From assembly GCA_010909165.1 (NCBI GenBank), contig MU008154.1, forward strand, positions 1,229,478 to 1,293,477: 64,000 nt of DNA, read 5' to 3'. A program made the position numbers and the translations under genes. The number at the start of each line of letters is the position of its first letter. Within the stretch, counting starts at the first letter, position 1. The notes beneath the pieces are model-generated. The model was not told the origin of the DNA. It did not search any database and worked only from the letters and a program-made list of their open reading frames with translations. The stretch comes from Anthoceros angustus. Its lineage: Eukaryota; Plantae; Anthocerotophyta. Of this stretch, positions 1-11,678 are shown one piece after another.

Positions 1-320
1 ACAATAATCATCTTGCCATACCATTTTGAAAAAATTGACATTCATTTCAAGTTATTTTATTTTTCTCTCCAAAACATATTTAACTCACCATTAAAAATAA
101 ATTATTATTTAAAAATAGTAATTATTAAAGCTATTAATTTTTATAAAATGATGCAAGAAGACCAAAAACCGAGCACCAAAATGGAGAAGCAGTGGCTGCA
201 TTGATTAAGTGTAATAAAGTTCAATTTGAATCTTGCAGATTCCAATCTTCTCACAATACACTATGATCAAATGAGAAGATATTTTTTCAAAAAATATTAA
301 ATTATTAGTAATATCAATTT
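1..320 (+). pseudogene. Inverted, degenerate partial copy of the adjacent pectin methylesterase-like gene (end of exon 2, intron 2, most of exon 3)
   Basis: Matches the reverse complement of ~1150-1470 (e.g. attgacattcatttcaag, gaagcagtggctgcattgattaag, tctcacaatacac). Both splice sites are lost, there is a small deletion and a stop, and G>A/C>T changes are frequent. Confidence 0.85.
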
Positions 321-527
321 CGCAAAAGCGCCAAAGACACTAGCACAATAACTGTGGATTACCCTTTTTTTTGTGAATTTGGTTATCCAAAATCAAGAAA
401 AAAGAGTAAAACCAATACTAGATATACAATGGATTCATTATGAAATGTTTACCCCACTCCTCTTACCAATCATAAATCCCAAACCTTTCACTAAGGACAT
501 TTGAACTTGTTAATACTTAATATGCAT

Positions 528-2070
528 TCATTCAATAGTAATCCAATCCTGACCGTCTATAAAATCTGTGGTGAGAAATGGACGTGCTTCATCCTCGCTT
601 AGGTCACGATGCACCCATTTTGGAAAAGTAGCGGTATTAGCACCAGCACCTGTGCACTTGTACAACCCATAGTATGCAGAACTGCAAAAACACACATATC
701 ATGGGGATGAAATAATAAGTACAATCATGAAATTTAATAGATAACATGTCACAACATAAAGTGACAGTGACCATTGAAACTTACCTACGTCTGCTCTGGT
801 CTCCCCAATCGGTCCAAGGTTGGTCTTTGTTGATTATATTTGCAATATGTGAATTTGCAAATATCACTCGAGAAGCTTTACCCCACGCTCTACCAAAGCT
901 GTTTGAACCTGTCCCGGTGAGGTTGCAATTCAAAAATGAAAAGCCTGTGCTATCAGAAATATAATCTCTCTTTTGTGCTGTGAAAGATCCCTCATGCTTG
1001 TTTGCCGTAGAGTGAAGCTCACAATTCTATTAAAACGCAAAGTCACTTTTCAGAATGCCTAATTATATTTGATATTAATACAAACACCTTATGAAGTAAA
1101 TGAAGCACGAAGTACCTTGTATACGGATTGACCATTTCCACAGATGAAGTCGACGTTGCCAATAATTTTACATTTTTTGAAGAAATGTCTTCCCATTTGA
1201 TCATATAGAGTATTGTGAGATGATTCGAATATGCAGGATTCAAATTGAGCTTTATCACCCTTAATCAATACAGCCACTGCTTCTCCATTTGGTCGCCTAG
1301 TTTTTTGCCTTCTTGCATCATTCTATGAAAATTCGCATGATTATTATTTATGTTAATAAACTATTATATTATTTTTATAATAAATAAAGTCTTATTTGAA
1401 GAGTTAAATAAAATAATATACCTTAAAATGAATGTCAATTGCTTGAAAAAAGTCTGACTCAATGGTAATTGTTGCACTCTTAGACATATTACCTACTTCC
1501 TTTGCAGTATCATTCCATACTACATGTGTGTGTCTAGCTCCAGCTCCCTTCAATGTGATATGTGTTTTGTCGGACGGTACGTGTATCTTTTCCCTACACA
1601 AGTCCATAAATAATTTAAAATATCATACATATTTTTTTATTTCATACAAATATGTCTCACCTGTAAGTGCCAGGTGCAATATTGATGACAATTTGGTTGT
1701 CACTATTACTTGGAGCATTGTCGATTGCTTCTTGAATAGTCTCGTAGTGTGAATGGTTTCCTGATCCCACCAAGATGTCATTTCCTAATCCTACCAAGAT
1801 GTTATTTCCCGATCCTACTGAGATGTCGTTTGCTATGGAGATGTTATTTCCTGATCCTACCGAGATGTTGTGGTTGTCTCTCATAGTTGTACTCAAATCG
1901 TCTGAGATGTGGATGTTGACTCGCATAGTTGTACTCAATTGGTTAGTTGCACTATGTGTCCTGCTCAAAATTTTATGCCAATTAAGGTACTCTAGCATCT
2001 TAGGGTCGAAGAAAAGCACAAACCCAATTGTGAAGAGTAACCCCACCAATAGAACGGTGAATCGGGCCAT
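528..2070 (-). CDS. Pectin methylesterase (pectinesterase)-like protein with N-terminal hydrophobic anchor; 5 exons (1661-2070, 1422-1593, 1116-1322, 785-1026, 528-681)
   Basis: Spliced translation with GT-AG introns gives YETIQEAID...IAPGTYREK, EAVAVLIKGD, SHNTLY, GNVDFICG, FGRAWG, YYGLYKCTGAGA, PFLTTDFIDGQDW, the PME fold motifs. Confidence 0.92.
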
Positions 2071-2352
2071 ATTGAAGAGTTGCTCACAAAACTTTTCAGT
2101 TCTTCGTGGACAAAAAAGAAGACGAAGAGATCCTTATGGAGATATCACTAATACCTTATATGGTGAAAGCACTGCACAACATTCTTGAATAGAGGACTTG
2201 TCTTCAACTTCAAGCTATTTTATAGCGACAATAGAAGTGTTTACTTTGGCTTGATGCCTTATATCTATTTTAACAGCTTTCCTTGTTCGCTTGAGGAGTC
2301 TTATCCATAAATCCAAGAACGCCCAACCCACTTGAATAGAGTCTTGTGGCCC

Positions 2353-2550
2353 ATGGTCTTCAACATTGTGCACGATGTTTTATGATACTAATGCATATTA
2401 GGGTTGCCTTTCGTGGAAAATTTCATTGACTCTCCGTTCAACCCACTAAAAATAGAAACTTTTGACTATGTTCTTCAACATTGTGCACAATTTTTATAAC
2501 ATGCTATTAATTCATGTTCACATTGCCTTTTGAGGAAAAATTTATCCTCT
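2353..2550. repeat. Diverged ~115-bp tandem duplication upstream of the PME gene
   Basis: tcttcaacattgtgcac...ttgcctt..ggaaaa recurs starting near 2353 and 2468. Confidence 0.6.
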
Positions 2551-3221
2551 ATATTAACCCTAAATCCCTATTTTTGATTATTTTATCTGATATAAATACC
2601 AAAAAGTATTTAAAATAATTCACCAACCCTCAAGACGAAGAAGAAGAATTTTATTTAAGTCCACTAAGGACGGATTTTCGTCATGGGACTGAAATATGAT
2701 AACTACATAGATTGTGGTAAAATAGTCTGGACTAATGTAAAGGTAAAATTTAAATAAGATAAATAATCTTCAATCAATCAACAGTGTGAATAAAATTGCG
2801 TGAACGAGGGCCAAACACCACCAATCCTTCATCTCCACAAAAGAAATCCTCCCCACGAAAGAAAACCACTTGACCTGCAGCACGAGCTGCTCTTCCCGTG
2901 CATAAGAGAGTCAGGCTGACGCTTATTTGTAGGCTGGGATGTGCACCCAGCGATGCCAGCTGAACGCAACTCCCTAGCCAAACACAACTTTGGAGCTGAA
3001 GACAACTTTGGATCTGCCAATTTGGCAGTTCTTCTTGCTGCCGCTGACAAGCCTTGAATTCCCTAACATCGGCCTGGGTTCCAAGTAATGACTTTGTGGA
3101 GACGCGGAGCATAATCCTCGTTTTCAGTGCCCTCAAGTTACACCTTCCGTGTGTTGTTCGGTTCGGATGTGTCGAGGTTGGGAGTGATTGGCCTAAACCC
3201 TGTCAGCTGGGCTTGGATGTC

Positions 3222-3346
3222 CCCGTCGCCTAAGGCTAACGCAAACTTAATGAGCCCTGCCTTTCGTACCACCATCGGGGTCACGCACCCCGATGGTGGT
3301 ACGAAAGGCAGGGCTCATTAAGTTTGCGTTAGCCTTAGGCGACGGG
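3222..3346. repeat. Perfect inverted repeat: 60-bp stem, 5-nt loop (foldback/MITE-like or hairpin RNA)
   Basis: 3222-3281 is the exact reverse complement of 3287-3346; loop CACGC; GGATGT occurs at 3215-3220 and 3345-3350. Confidence 0.95.
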
Positions 3347-4078
3347 ATGTTGTCATGTGTACTTCTTTCCTGTAGATACGGTGGCAGCATCTTGACACCC
3401 TGCACAGCGTGGTTAGTCAGAACGGTGTGATTTGTGTCTGAGTTTTCATGTTGAAGTCTCCCATCCACCGAGAGACTTTGAGACCCCTGTGAGAAGTGAG
3501 AAACCTACGGAGGCAGAGAGGCTGGGTTCCCAGAACGACTGTTGCAACGAGTGATTCGCATGCAATACAAGCTCCGGCAACGATCAAGGAGCCCCTCAGC
3601 AAAACATGTCAGTCACCTCTCCAGCGTCGAGCCCATGTATCTAAGCTGTAACTAACCAGCTTTAAGTCACATCCACACATCACGGCGCACAGCAGCACAG
3701 CCTTCACCAAGAAACCGACGGAGGGATGAGAGGTAAGCTTGTGCCCGCCACACAAACGTCATGAGTTGTCTTACTGCTCACTCAACCCCGTTGGATGCTC
3801 TGGCCTAAGACAAGGAAGAAGGCTGGGGAGTGTGAGCGCGCCCAGATTGGCCCGGTGCTGCAGGTAACAGCTGCGTTGAAGGGCATGCCTTCACTCTAAC
3901 GAGGGCAGCTCATTTTCCTACAGTGCTGCAGGGCACGTTTTTCCACTTTGGGTAGATCGGTGACAGATCTACTATTGCATTCGCCCTAGTGAGCAGTGAG
4001 CAGTGAGAGCAGCCAAGGATCTGTAATTGGCACGCACAGGAGGGATATAGGTGTGATTGGGGGCTCTGTGCCTCACCC

Positions 4079-7000
4079 ATGATCGCTACCACAGCCTGCA
4101 TCCGGGGTGGCGTGCAGTTGTTGCGTTACAGTCGTGTTCGCCTTCGACTGGAGGTTGGCGCCGGCGGCTCCTTGCAGTCTCAGGCAATCCCAAGGGGGGA
4201 TTGGGGTCGACTGTCTCTTCAGTTCATGGCCACTAAGGTATGGTGCTGTGTTCCAAATTGCTTGAGAGCACGGGATCTGGCTTGCGAGGTTCTTGTCTGA
4301 GCGATTGTTGTGATTTGCAGAGCGGTAAAAAGCGTCAGCAATGGAGAACTGTTCAACAAGACGATCCTCACAAGGTGGTGGTAGCCGAGAGCACCGGTGC
4401 ACCGTTGGAGGAAGCACTTCCAGAGTTGAAGAAACCTCCAGGATTGGCCAAGGTGGAAACGAAGGTAGTCGAGAAGAGGCCTGAGGCAAAACCTGAGACT
4501 GTCAAACCAGCAACTCCAGGAGGAGGAAGTAGATATGTTGCAGCGTCGTCACCGAGAATGTGGGTTGCAAAATCTCCGACACCTGCGGTCCAGCCGGCAA
4601 CCAAGGCAGTGCATACTCCATCCACACCCCGTACTCTGAGCCATGATGCTAAGCTTGGAACCGATGCGGTGAAAGGGACCACGTTGGTTTCGGACAAGCC
4701 GGCACCGAAGCAAGCTGACAAGAACCTGAAGCAATCTGACAAGCAGCAGAACAAGGATTCTGGAGAGAACAAGAAGGCTGCCGTAGCCCAAGCATTAGTG
4801 AGAGCCACTTTCTATCCCAAGTTTGAGAACGAAAAGTCCGATCAAGAAGTTAGGTCAAGGATGATCGAGGTGGTCTCAGCTGGTCAGGGTGTATTGGAGG
4901 TTTCTTTGAAGCACTCGGGATCTCTTTTCATGTATTCTGGTGACAAGGGTGGAGCATATGCCAAAAACAGCTATGGTAATCTTTACACAGCCACTGGTGT
5001 GTTTGTGTTGGGGCGGACGCTTCAGGAGGCTTGGGGTCCACAAGCTGCAAAGAAGCAGCAGGAATTCAACAGATATCTTGAGGAGAATCGGATATCTATT
5101 GCAATGGAGCTAGTGACGGCTGTGTTGGGAGATCATGGTCAGCGTCCTTTGAAGGATTATGTTGTGGTAACAGCAGTAACCGATCTGACTGGGCAGCCTA
5201 GATTCTACTCCGCTCCTGATGTTGTGGCCTTCTGTCGTCGTTGGCGACTGCCCACAAATCACTTCTGGCTGTTCTCCTCAAAGAAGTCTGTTTCGGCCTT
5301 CTTCACAGCGTACGATGCCCTCTGTGAGGAGGGGCTTGCCACCAGTGTCTCTCGTACGCTGGATGAGATTGCAGATGCCTCCGTTCCGGCAACCAAGTCC
5401 CATCAGGATGTTCAGGGAGAAATTCTTGAAGGTGTTGTGGCTCGAGTTGTATCCCCTGACGCATTAGTGCGTATGAAGGAAACAAGTCAGAACCTGCCTC
5501 CTGCTCAAGTGCCTGAAGGTTCAGCGCCCAAGGTGGGGCTTCGAGAAATCTTTGCCGCTAACAAGATCAGTGAGAAAGATCAGATAAAGGCTGTTCTTGC
5601 AGCTGTTGGATCTGATTTTTGCCCAGATCGTTCCCAGTGGCTTAATGAAGGGGATGGCACAGTACAGACTGTGAAGAAGGCAGAGACCACAGCGCTATCA
5701 ACTTTCTTGCAGGCTCAGCCTGCAGATAAAGTGACAGCTAAGGTCCAGGAAGTCATTCGATTTTTGAAGAAGAGAAACATGCACGTACGATTCAAGTGCT
5801 CCCATCATTCTGGTCAGAAAGGGGATGATGATGCTTTCCGCCTAATTATTCATGTACTTTCAGACTCTGTCTTCAGGAGATACCAGAATGACTTGAAGAA
5901 GCACGCAAACCTGTGGCCATTGTACAGGGGCTTCTTTTTGGATGTTAGGTTCTGCGGCTCTGATGTCACCCCATATTCTGCTGATGAAGCTGATGTCAAA
6001 GCCATCACTGACGTGGAGCAAACAGGCACAACTGAGAATTTGATGTTGAAGCTCAAGTTTCTACCTTATAAGCTTCGTACGTTTCTTATCCGAAATGGGT
6101 TGACAACCCTTTACACCAAGGGACCAGCCTCTTATCGGGAGTATTACACAAAGCAGATGAAGAACTGGGGCACATCAGCAGAGAAGCGGAAAGATGTCAG
6201 CGAGCTCCTGAATGAATGGGCGAAGTATATTACTGACAAAACCGGAGGGAAGCAGTTGAGTAGTGATACTTATTTGTCAGAAGCAGAGCCTTTCTTGGAA
6301 GCCTTTGCCCGGCGAAGTGCCAAAAACAAGCAGCTGGTAGGATCTGCGGGCAGTGTAGTCAATGTTGAAGATTTCCTTGCTGCAGAAAGGAGTTCAGAAG
6401 ATGAAATTGGGTTGAGAGATGGGGACGTATTAGACGATAGTTCTTCACCCCCTTCGGCACCGCAACCAGAAGAAGAGGTAAAGGCAAAAGGGTTGTTGGT
6501 CTTTTTCCCAGGAATTCCTGGATGTGCCAAGTCAGCCCTCTGCAAGCAGGTGATCAGCCACAACAGCAATGGGTTTGGTGATGGGCGAAAGGTGGCCACA
6601 TTGATGGGCGATCTTATCAAGGGCAGGTATTGGCAGAGATTGGCAGCAGACCAGAAGAAGAATCCAAATACCATAATGTTGGCAGACAAGAATGCCCCGA
6701 ATGATGACGTGTGGAAGCAGATTGAAACCATCTGTGAGAACACTCAGGCGCTTGGTGTGCCAGTTGTGCCGGAGTCAGAAGGCACTAGTTCAAATCCTTA
6801 TGGTATTGATGACCTGGCTGTCTTCATCTATCGGGTTTTACAGCGTGTTAATCACCCAGGAAACTTGGACAAGAACTCCCCAACTCCAGGGTATGTTCTA
6901 TTAATGTTCTATCACCTTTACGAGGGGACAGATCGGAAAGATTTTGAGGCTACACTGTTGGGAAAATATGGTCGCCTTATCAAGCTTCCCCTGCTGAAAA

Positions 7001-7752
7001 GAGAGAGAGCACCATTGCCCGCAGATATCTCGAATGTCCTCAAGGATGGGATTGCGTTATTTAGGCGGCACAAAAGCAAGCATGGAAAATTGGATGCTTT
7101 GCAGGGAAGCTATAAGAGTGATTGGGTGGCATGGGAGAAGCGCTTAAAGGAGACCCTGTTTGAAAATGCTGCACACTTGGATGCCATCCAGGTCCCGTTT
7201 GAGGAAGTTGCGAACTCCTTTGTCGTGCAACTGAAAGAGGTAGCAACTGGAGACAATCGCATGCATGTGGCTGTTGCAGAGGAGGAGCGGAACTTTAACA
7301 ATGTAACTTTTGCTGCTATTTCTTTGCCACAAGAGGAAATTTTGGCTGCTCTGAGTTCTCTCTCTTTAGCTGATACTACAGTCCAGGAATACCTCTCCGA
7401 CAAGGCCATCGAGAAGAGTCTTCAGAGAGCTCACATCACACTTGCTCATAAGCGAGCACATGGGGTGGCTGCAGTAGCTAGCTATGGCGATGTACGAGGT
7501 GTAAATGTTCCTGTGGAGCTGACTGCCTTGTTGTTTTCAGACAAGCTGTGTGCGATAGAGGCGAATCTGAAGTGTGCCCCTGATCGTGCAATCTTGTCTA
7601 GGAACGAATGGCCTCACATTACTCTTTGGACAGATAAGGGGGTGGCTGCCAAGGAGGCAAATAGTCTTCCCTCTTTGGTTGACGCTGGAAAGGCAAACCG
7701 TTTCCAGTTCCCAACGCCCAAAACTGTGGTGGGACATGTGCAATTCCTTTGA
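4079..7752 (+). CDS. RNL: Plant tRNA ligase (Trl1-type: ligase, polynucleotide kinase, cyclic phosphodiesterase); exons 4079-4237 and 4321-7752
   Basis: RATFYPKFENEKSDQEVR, adenylylation motif EVSLKHSGSLF, P-loop GIPGCAKS, two 2H motifs (HITLAH, HITLWT). Phase-0 intron AAG|GTATGG...TTGCAG joins MATK to SGKKRQQW. Confidence 0.95.
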
Positions 7753-9618
7753 GTCAGATTTGGGGTCACTGTAAAGTTGGGTCTGGCAAGAATTTGACCG
7801 GACTTACGTGAAGTTTCTGAGCAACACTGGGATTGGCAATTGGTGCCTTCGCAGCTAGCTAATGTCTAATCTAGACTTTGGTAGCGGACTGATAACACAA
7901 TTTATTCAGGAGCAGGCAGAGGACCTATCGTAGAGCATGATTGAAAGTTTGGGACGTGCTATGCCATCTTTCCGGAGAAAACTGAAAACAAAGTTTTTGA
8001 GTTGAGAGAGTGACAACAGAGTTTACTGGATTTGAAAGTTCTTTCTGTAACTCTCATGTTTGTTGTGAGCGGCCACTGGAAGAGTTCTTGCGGCTCGGCA
8101 CCTTTCACCCTTATCACTTGCTGCTTGGATATCATGATCAAAGTCCACGGGGCATCAACTAGTCGCTTATCAACTAAGTACAGTGCTCATTTCTATTTCG
8201 CTTTCTGTCTCCTCACCACCCACCATCTCTCGTTGCTCATTCTTCATCTAACGTCTTCCGTGTCATGTATACAGAGTCATTGCTGCATGTACCACTGTAA
8301 ATCTCGTTGGAGGTCTACCTTCCTGAAAGTCCTTCACCCACCCTCGTGTTCTGAAACCGTCACACACGATATGTACGTGAGCTTGTGCTTTTAGTGCAAC
8401 TGGACTGCGGCTGTTGCTCACGGACGGAAGGTCGTAATGTAGAACGTAAGTACATTGCCACGAAAGGAAAAACGTGATGATGCCATCCGACTTTAGGTTT
8501 AGATTTGTAGAGCTCCAGGGAACTCTGCCCAAAAAGTAGGGTATGCCGCTTTTTGTATCCCACGCACGGTATTCTTTAGTAAAAGGCGAAAGAATAGTTC
8601 GCTATGCGTTGAATACGCGACCCTGTAATTGGAGTACAGTGCCCCCGATTATATCGCAGTGAAGGGGCTACGCATACACTGGGAACGATATGGGGTAATA
8701 ATATTCCATGCTGAAAGCAAACCCTGCTCTTGACGTCAGACTGTCCAGCCTTGATTGCGTTTCCTATTGTGTTTTTGGTACTTGACAACTTGTACTATGG
8801 TGTGCCTAAGCTAGTTGCACCAAGGGCATCCACTCCCTTTAGGCACCCCATCTAAGTACCGATCTAAGCGCAGGATGCTTAATCACGACGTTCTTAGTGG
8901 ACTTCAATAAAATTCTTCTTCTTCTATTCCCTCATATGTTATGTGCGCGACACATAGACCTCAGGGGCTGCGGAAGTATTAGAACAGGATCAATTCTCAG
9001 AGCATGTTGCTCGGGGCCAAGTTTAGTGCAGGCCCCCGATGCCAGTGGCACGAAAATCTACAGTCTGTGGATGGAGCTGGGGACACTGGATTCTCATTGG
9101 ATCCTGAATGTTTTCAATCCATGACATAACTACTCACAACGTGGTGTGAAAGCAAGGCCCTCGATGAAAGGAGAAGCCTGAGGTTGGGGAATACTGCCAC
9201 CCTCGGAATCATCAGCGCCGGTGACAACAAAAATGGAACGGCACAATGCAACTCACTGTGTGCCCTCAGGAGGGTCAGACAATCACACAATACTCCCTGA
9301 ACCGCAAGAGAACGAGGATCACATACACGCACATCATCGCCCATCATCAGTGGGTATCTCTCTTCCATGGCTCTGCAGTAGTCGGACGACATCTCCTCTC
9401 TCGGCCGTGGCTGCTTGAGCCAAAAAATGGGGTGGGTCGAAGCGCCTGGAACAGAATTCGCCAAGCAACACCTTCCAGCCTTCCCTTCCAGACGACCCAT
9501 GCCTGACACCCACGCAGGTTGTCACATGGCGTCCTCAACCCAGCAGCACCTGCCAACCTCCCGCGGCAGCATGCACGAATCACAGACTCCTCCTGTGTCG
9601 GGAACAAGGACTCTCCTC

Positions 9619-10675
9619 TCAGCCCAGCATGGCAAACTCCGCACCCCCTCCCTCCAGCTGCGGCGAGCTGTGATGGTGCACGATGTACCACTGCCCCCCG
9701 TGATACTCGAAGCAGTTGGTCGCCAGCAGAGGCTCCCTGGACGAGTTCACGAACTCCTTCACCGTCACCCAGGCCACGTCCCCAACCACCCTCACACGGA
9801 CGTCCTGCAGCACGAACTCGTATCTCTGGCTCCAGTTGAACACCAGCTGCCAATTCTCCATGACCACACGATACCTGAGAGGCCCCCGCAGCTGCTGTCA
9901 GGCAAAGAGGCACACACACATTCCATCCCCCATGCACCAGCCACGCATCATAATCCATGGATCACACCGTGCCAACACCACAACACAACGAGCATCCCAC
10001 TCACCCGGACAGAATTTCGCCCCCGGGATGAATGCACTTGACGTAGTCCGCGGGGAGCCAGAGGCATTTCATGCCCTTGAGCGACTTGGCCTGGAATTTC
10101 TTGTAGAACTCCGAGTTCACCTCGTTCACGGCCCTGGTGACGGCGTAGTGCGCCTTCCAGCCGAACTTAGGCACCCAGGCCTCCTGCTCCCCGTTAAAGT
10201 CCTTCCGGAAGAGGGCCTTCCAGGCGCTGTCATCGTTGGCGGCTCGGCGCATAGCGGAATTCGTCATGGACACGCAGCACAGGCTCTTGAAGTCCAGGTA
10301 ACTGAGCGCGTGGTGCGTGATCTCGGGCACCAGCTGCTCCAGCGTCATGGCCGGCGTCACCTTACCGTTTGCGACGGCGGGCGCCGCCATAGCCGCCGCC
10401 GCGGCCTCCACCGCCTTGCCCTTGCCCTTGCCCTTGCCCTGGCCCTTTCCCTTGCCCTTGCCCTTGCCCTTCCGCTCCGCCTTCTTGGCCCCCGCCGTGC
10501 AGGACGCCAGGCGGGGACTCCCCCGCAGCAGCAGGCTCAGCAGCAACGCGCACACGCAGCACAGGCACGCCACAAGCACGGCGCACACGGAGCTCCCATC
10601 CTGCTGCTGCCTCTGCCCCGCCGCCGCCGCTGCTGCCGCGCAACTTCCTGCCGCATTTCCGGATCCCGCCACCAT
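9619..10675 (-). CDS. F-box protein SKIP8-like (F-box plus SnoaL/NTF2-like domain); exons 10005-10675 and 9619-9874
   Basis: LEQLVPEITHHALSYLDFKSLC F-box; WLPADYVKCIHPGGE|...WQLVFNW...DVAWVT...WYIVHHHSS SnoaL-like domain; N-terminal hydrophobic stretch and (KG)n tract. Confidence 0.88.
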
Positions 10676-11678
10676 GCCTGCCGCTGCCGCTGCCGGAGCG
10701 CGAGATCGAGCGCCTCACCACCGGGGATGGGAATGCGAATGGGAATGGCGTCCAATCCGTCTCGGCCCAGGCCCGCGCCGTCCGACTCCCATCTCCCGCT
10801 GCACCCGGCCAGCCGCAATTTCTTGGCGATCGAAGCAGGAGCGCGCGCCCGGACGCTCGGACAGGGCGGCGGCCGAACATGCACATCCAACATAGAAAAC
10901 ATGAACATAGACTGCCAGTCTCGTCCACCTGCTTCTCTCCTCCTCCCTTGCCCGGTCCCCGCGGAGAGAGAGAGATATATAGACGGAGTTAGGGCACGCG
11001 CATTCTGTCTCTGCTCACCGCACCGGTTTCTTTGCCTTGGTCTTCTCCTGCAGAAAATTCGCACCCTCTCCTGCAATCCCACGTTGGTGATCATGGATTC
11101 ATGGCTCCTAACTCCGGCAGCCGAGGCAATGCTTTAGGCTTCAGTGATTCAGTCATGTCTCCCGAGTGGGGCCCTTCGCCCGCCCTGCAAATATCGTCGT
11201 GGGACTGCTAGGTGTCAGCTCGCCCGGGCTGATCACAAGGAAGGAATAAACTCCGACGCTTCCGACACGCAGGGAAGCAAGAGCCATGGCTAGGGCAATA
11301 CATTACACTCCAGCGAGCATGCCTTCCTTGCGGCCGGCCTGCAAGGCTGCAACACATGAACATCAGGTGAGCAACACAAAGGAGAATGCAGTGGAAATGC
11401 AACTGGGGTGCAGCCAAGGGAAGTGTGAAGGTAGTGTAGTAGTATTACAGTAGCTAGGTGTAGGGAGGAATAACTCTACAAACCTGTGATAGGTAGCCTC
11501 TCTGGCTCATAGTACAAGAAGGCTGTGCTGTGTGTGCATGCCAGTCTACCAACAGCCCACCTTAGCCTCACGTAGAATACATATCAATGTGATAATCTTC
11601 TCTAGGGTACAATATTGCTACAGTCTATGTAGTAGTACAGGTGCACTCAAGCCAAGGAAGCAGGCAAAGGCGAGCTCC

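Noticed and set aside
9716-11137. 473-aa plus-strand ORF, and similar long antisense ORFs at 41694-43100, 49631-50374 and 29327-30286
   Set aside because: Shadow ORFs opposite GC-rich real genes; no recognisable domains.
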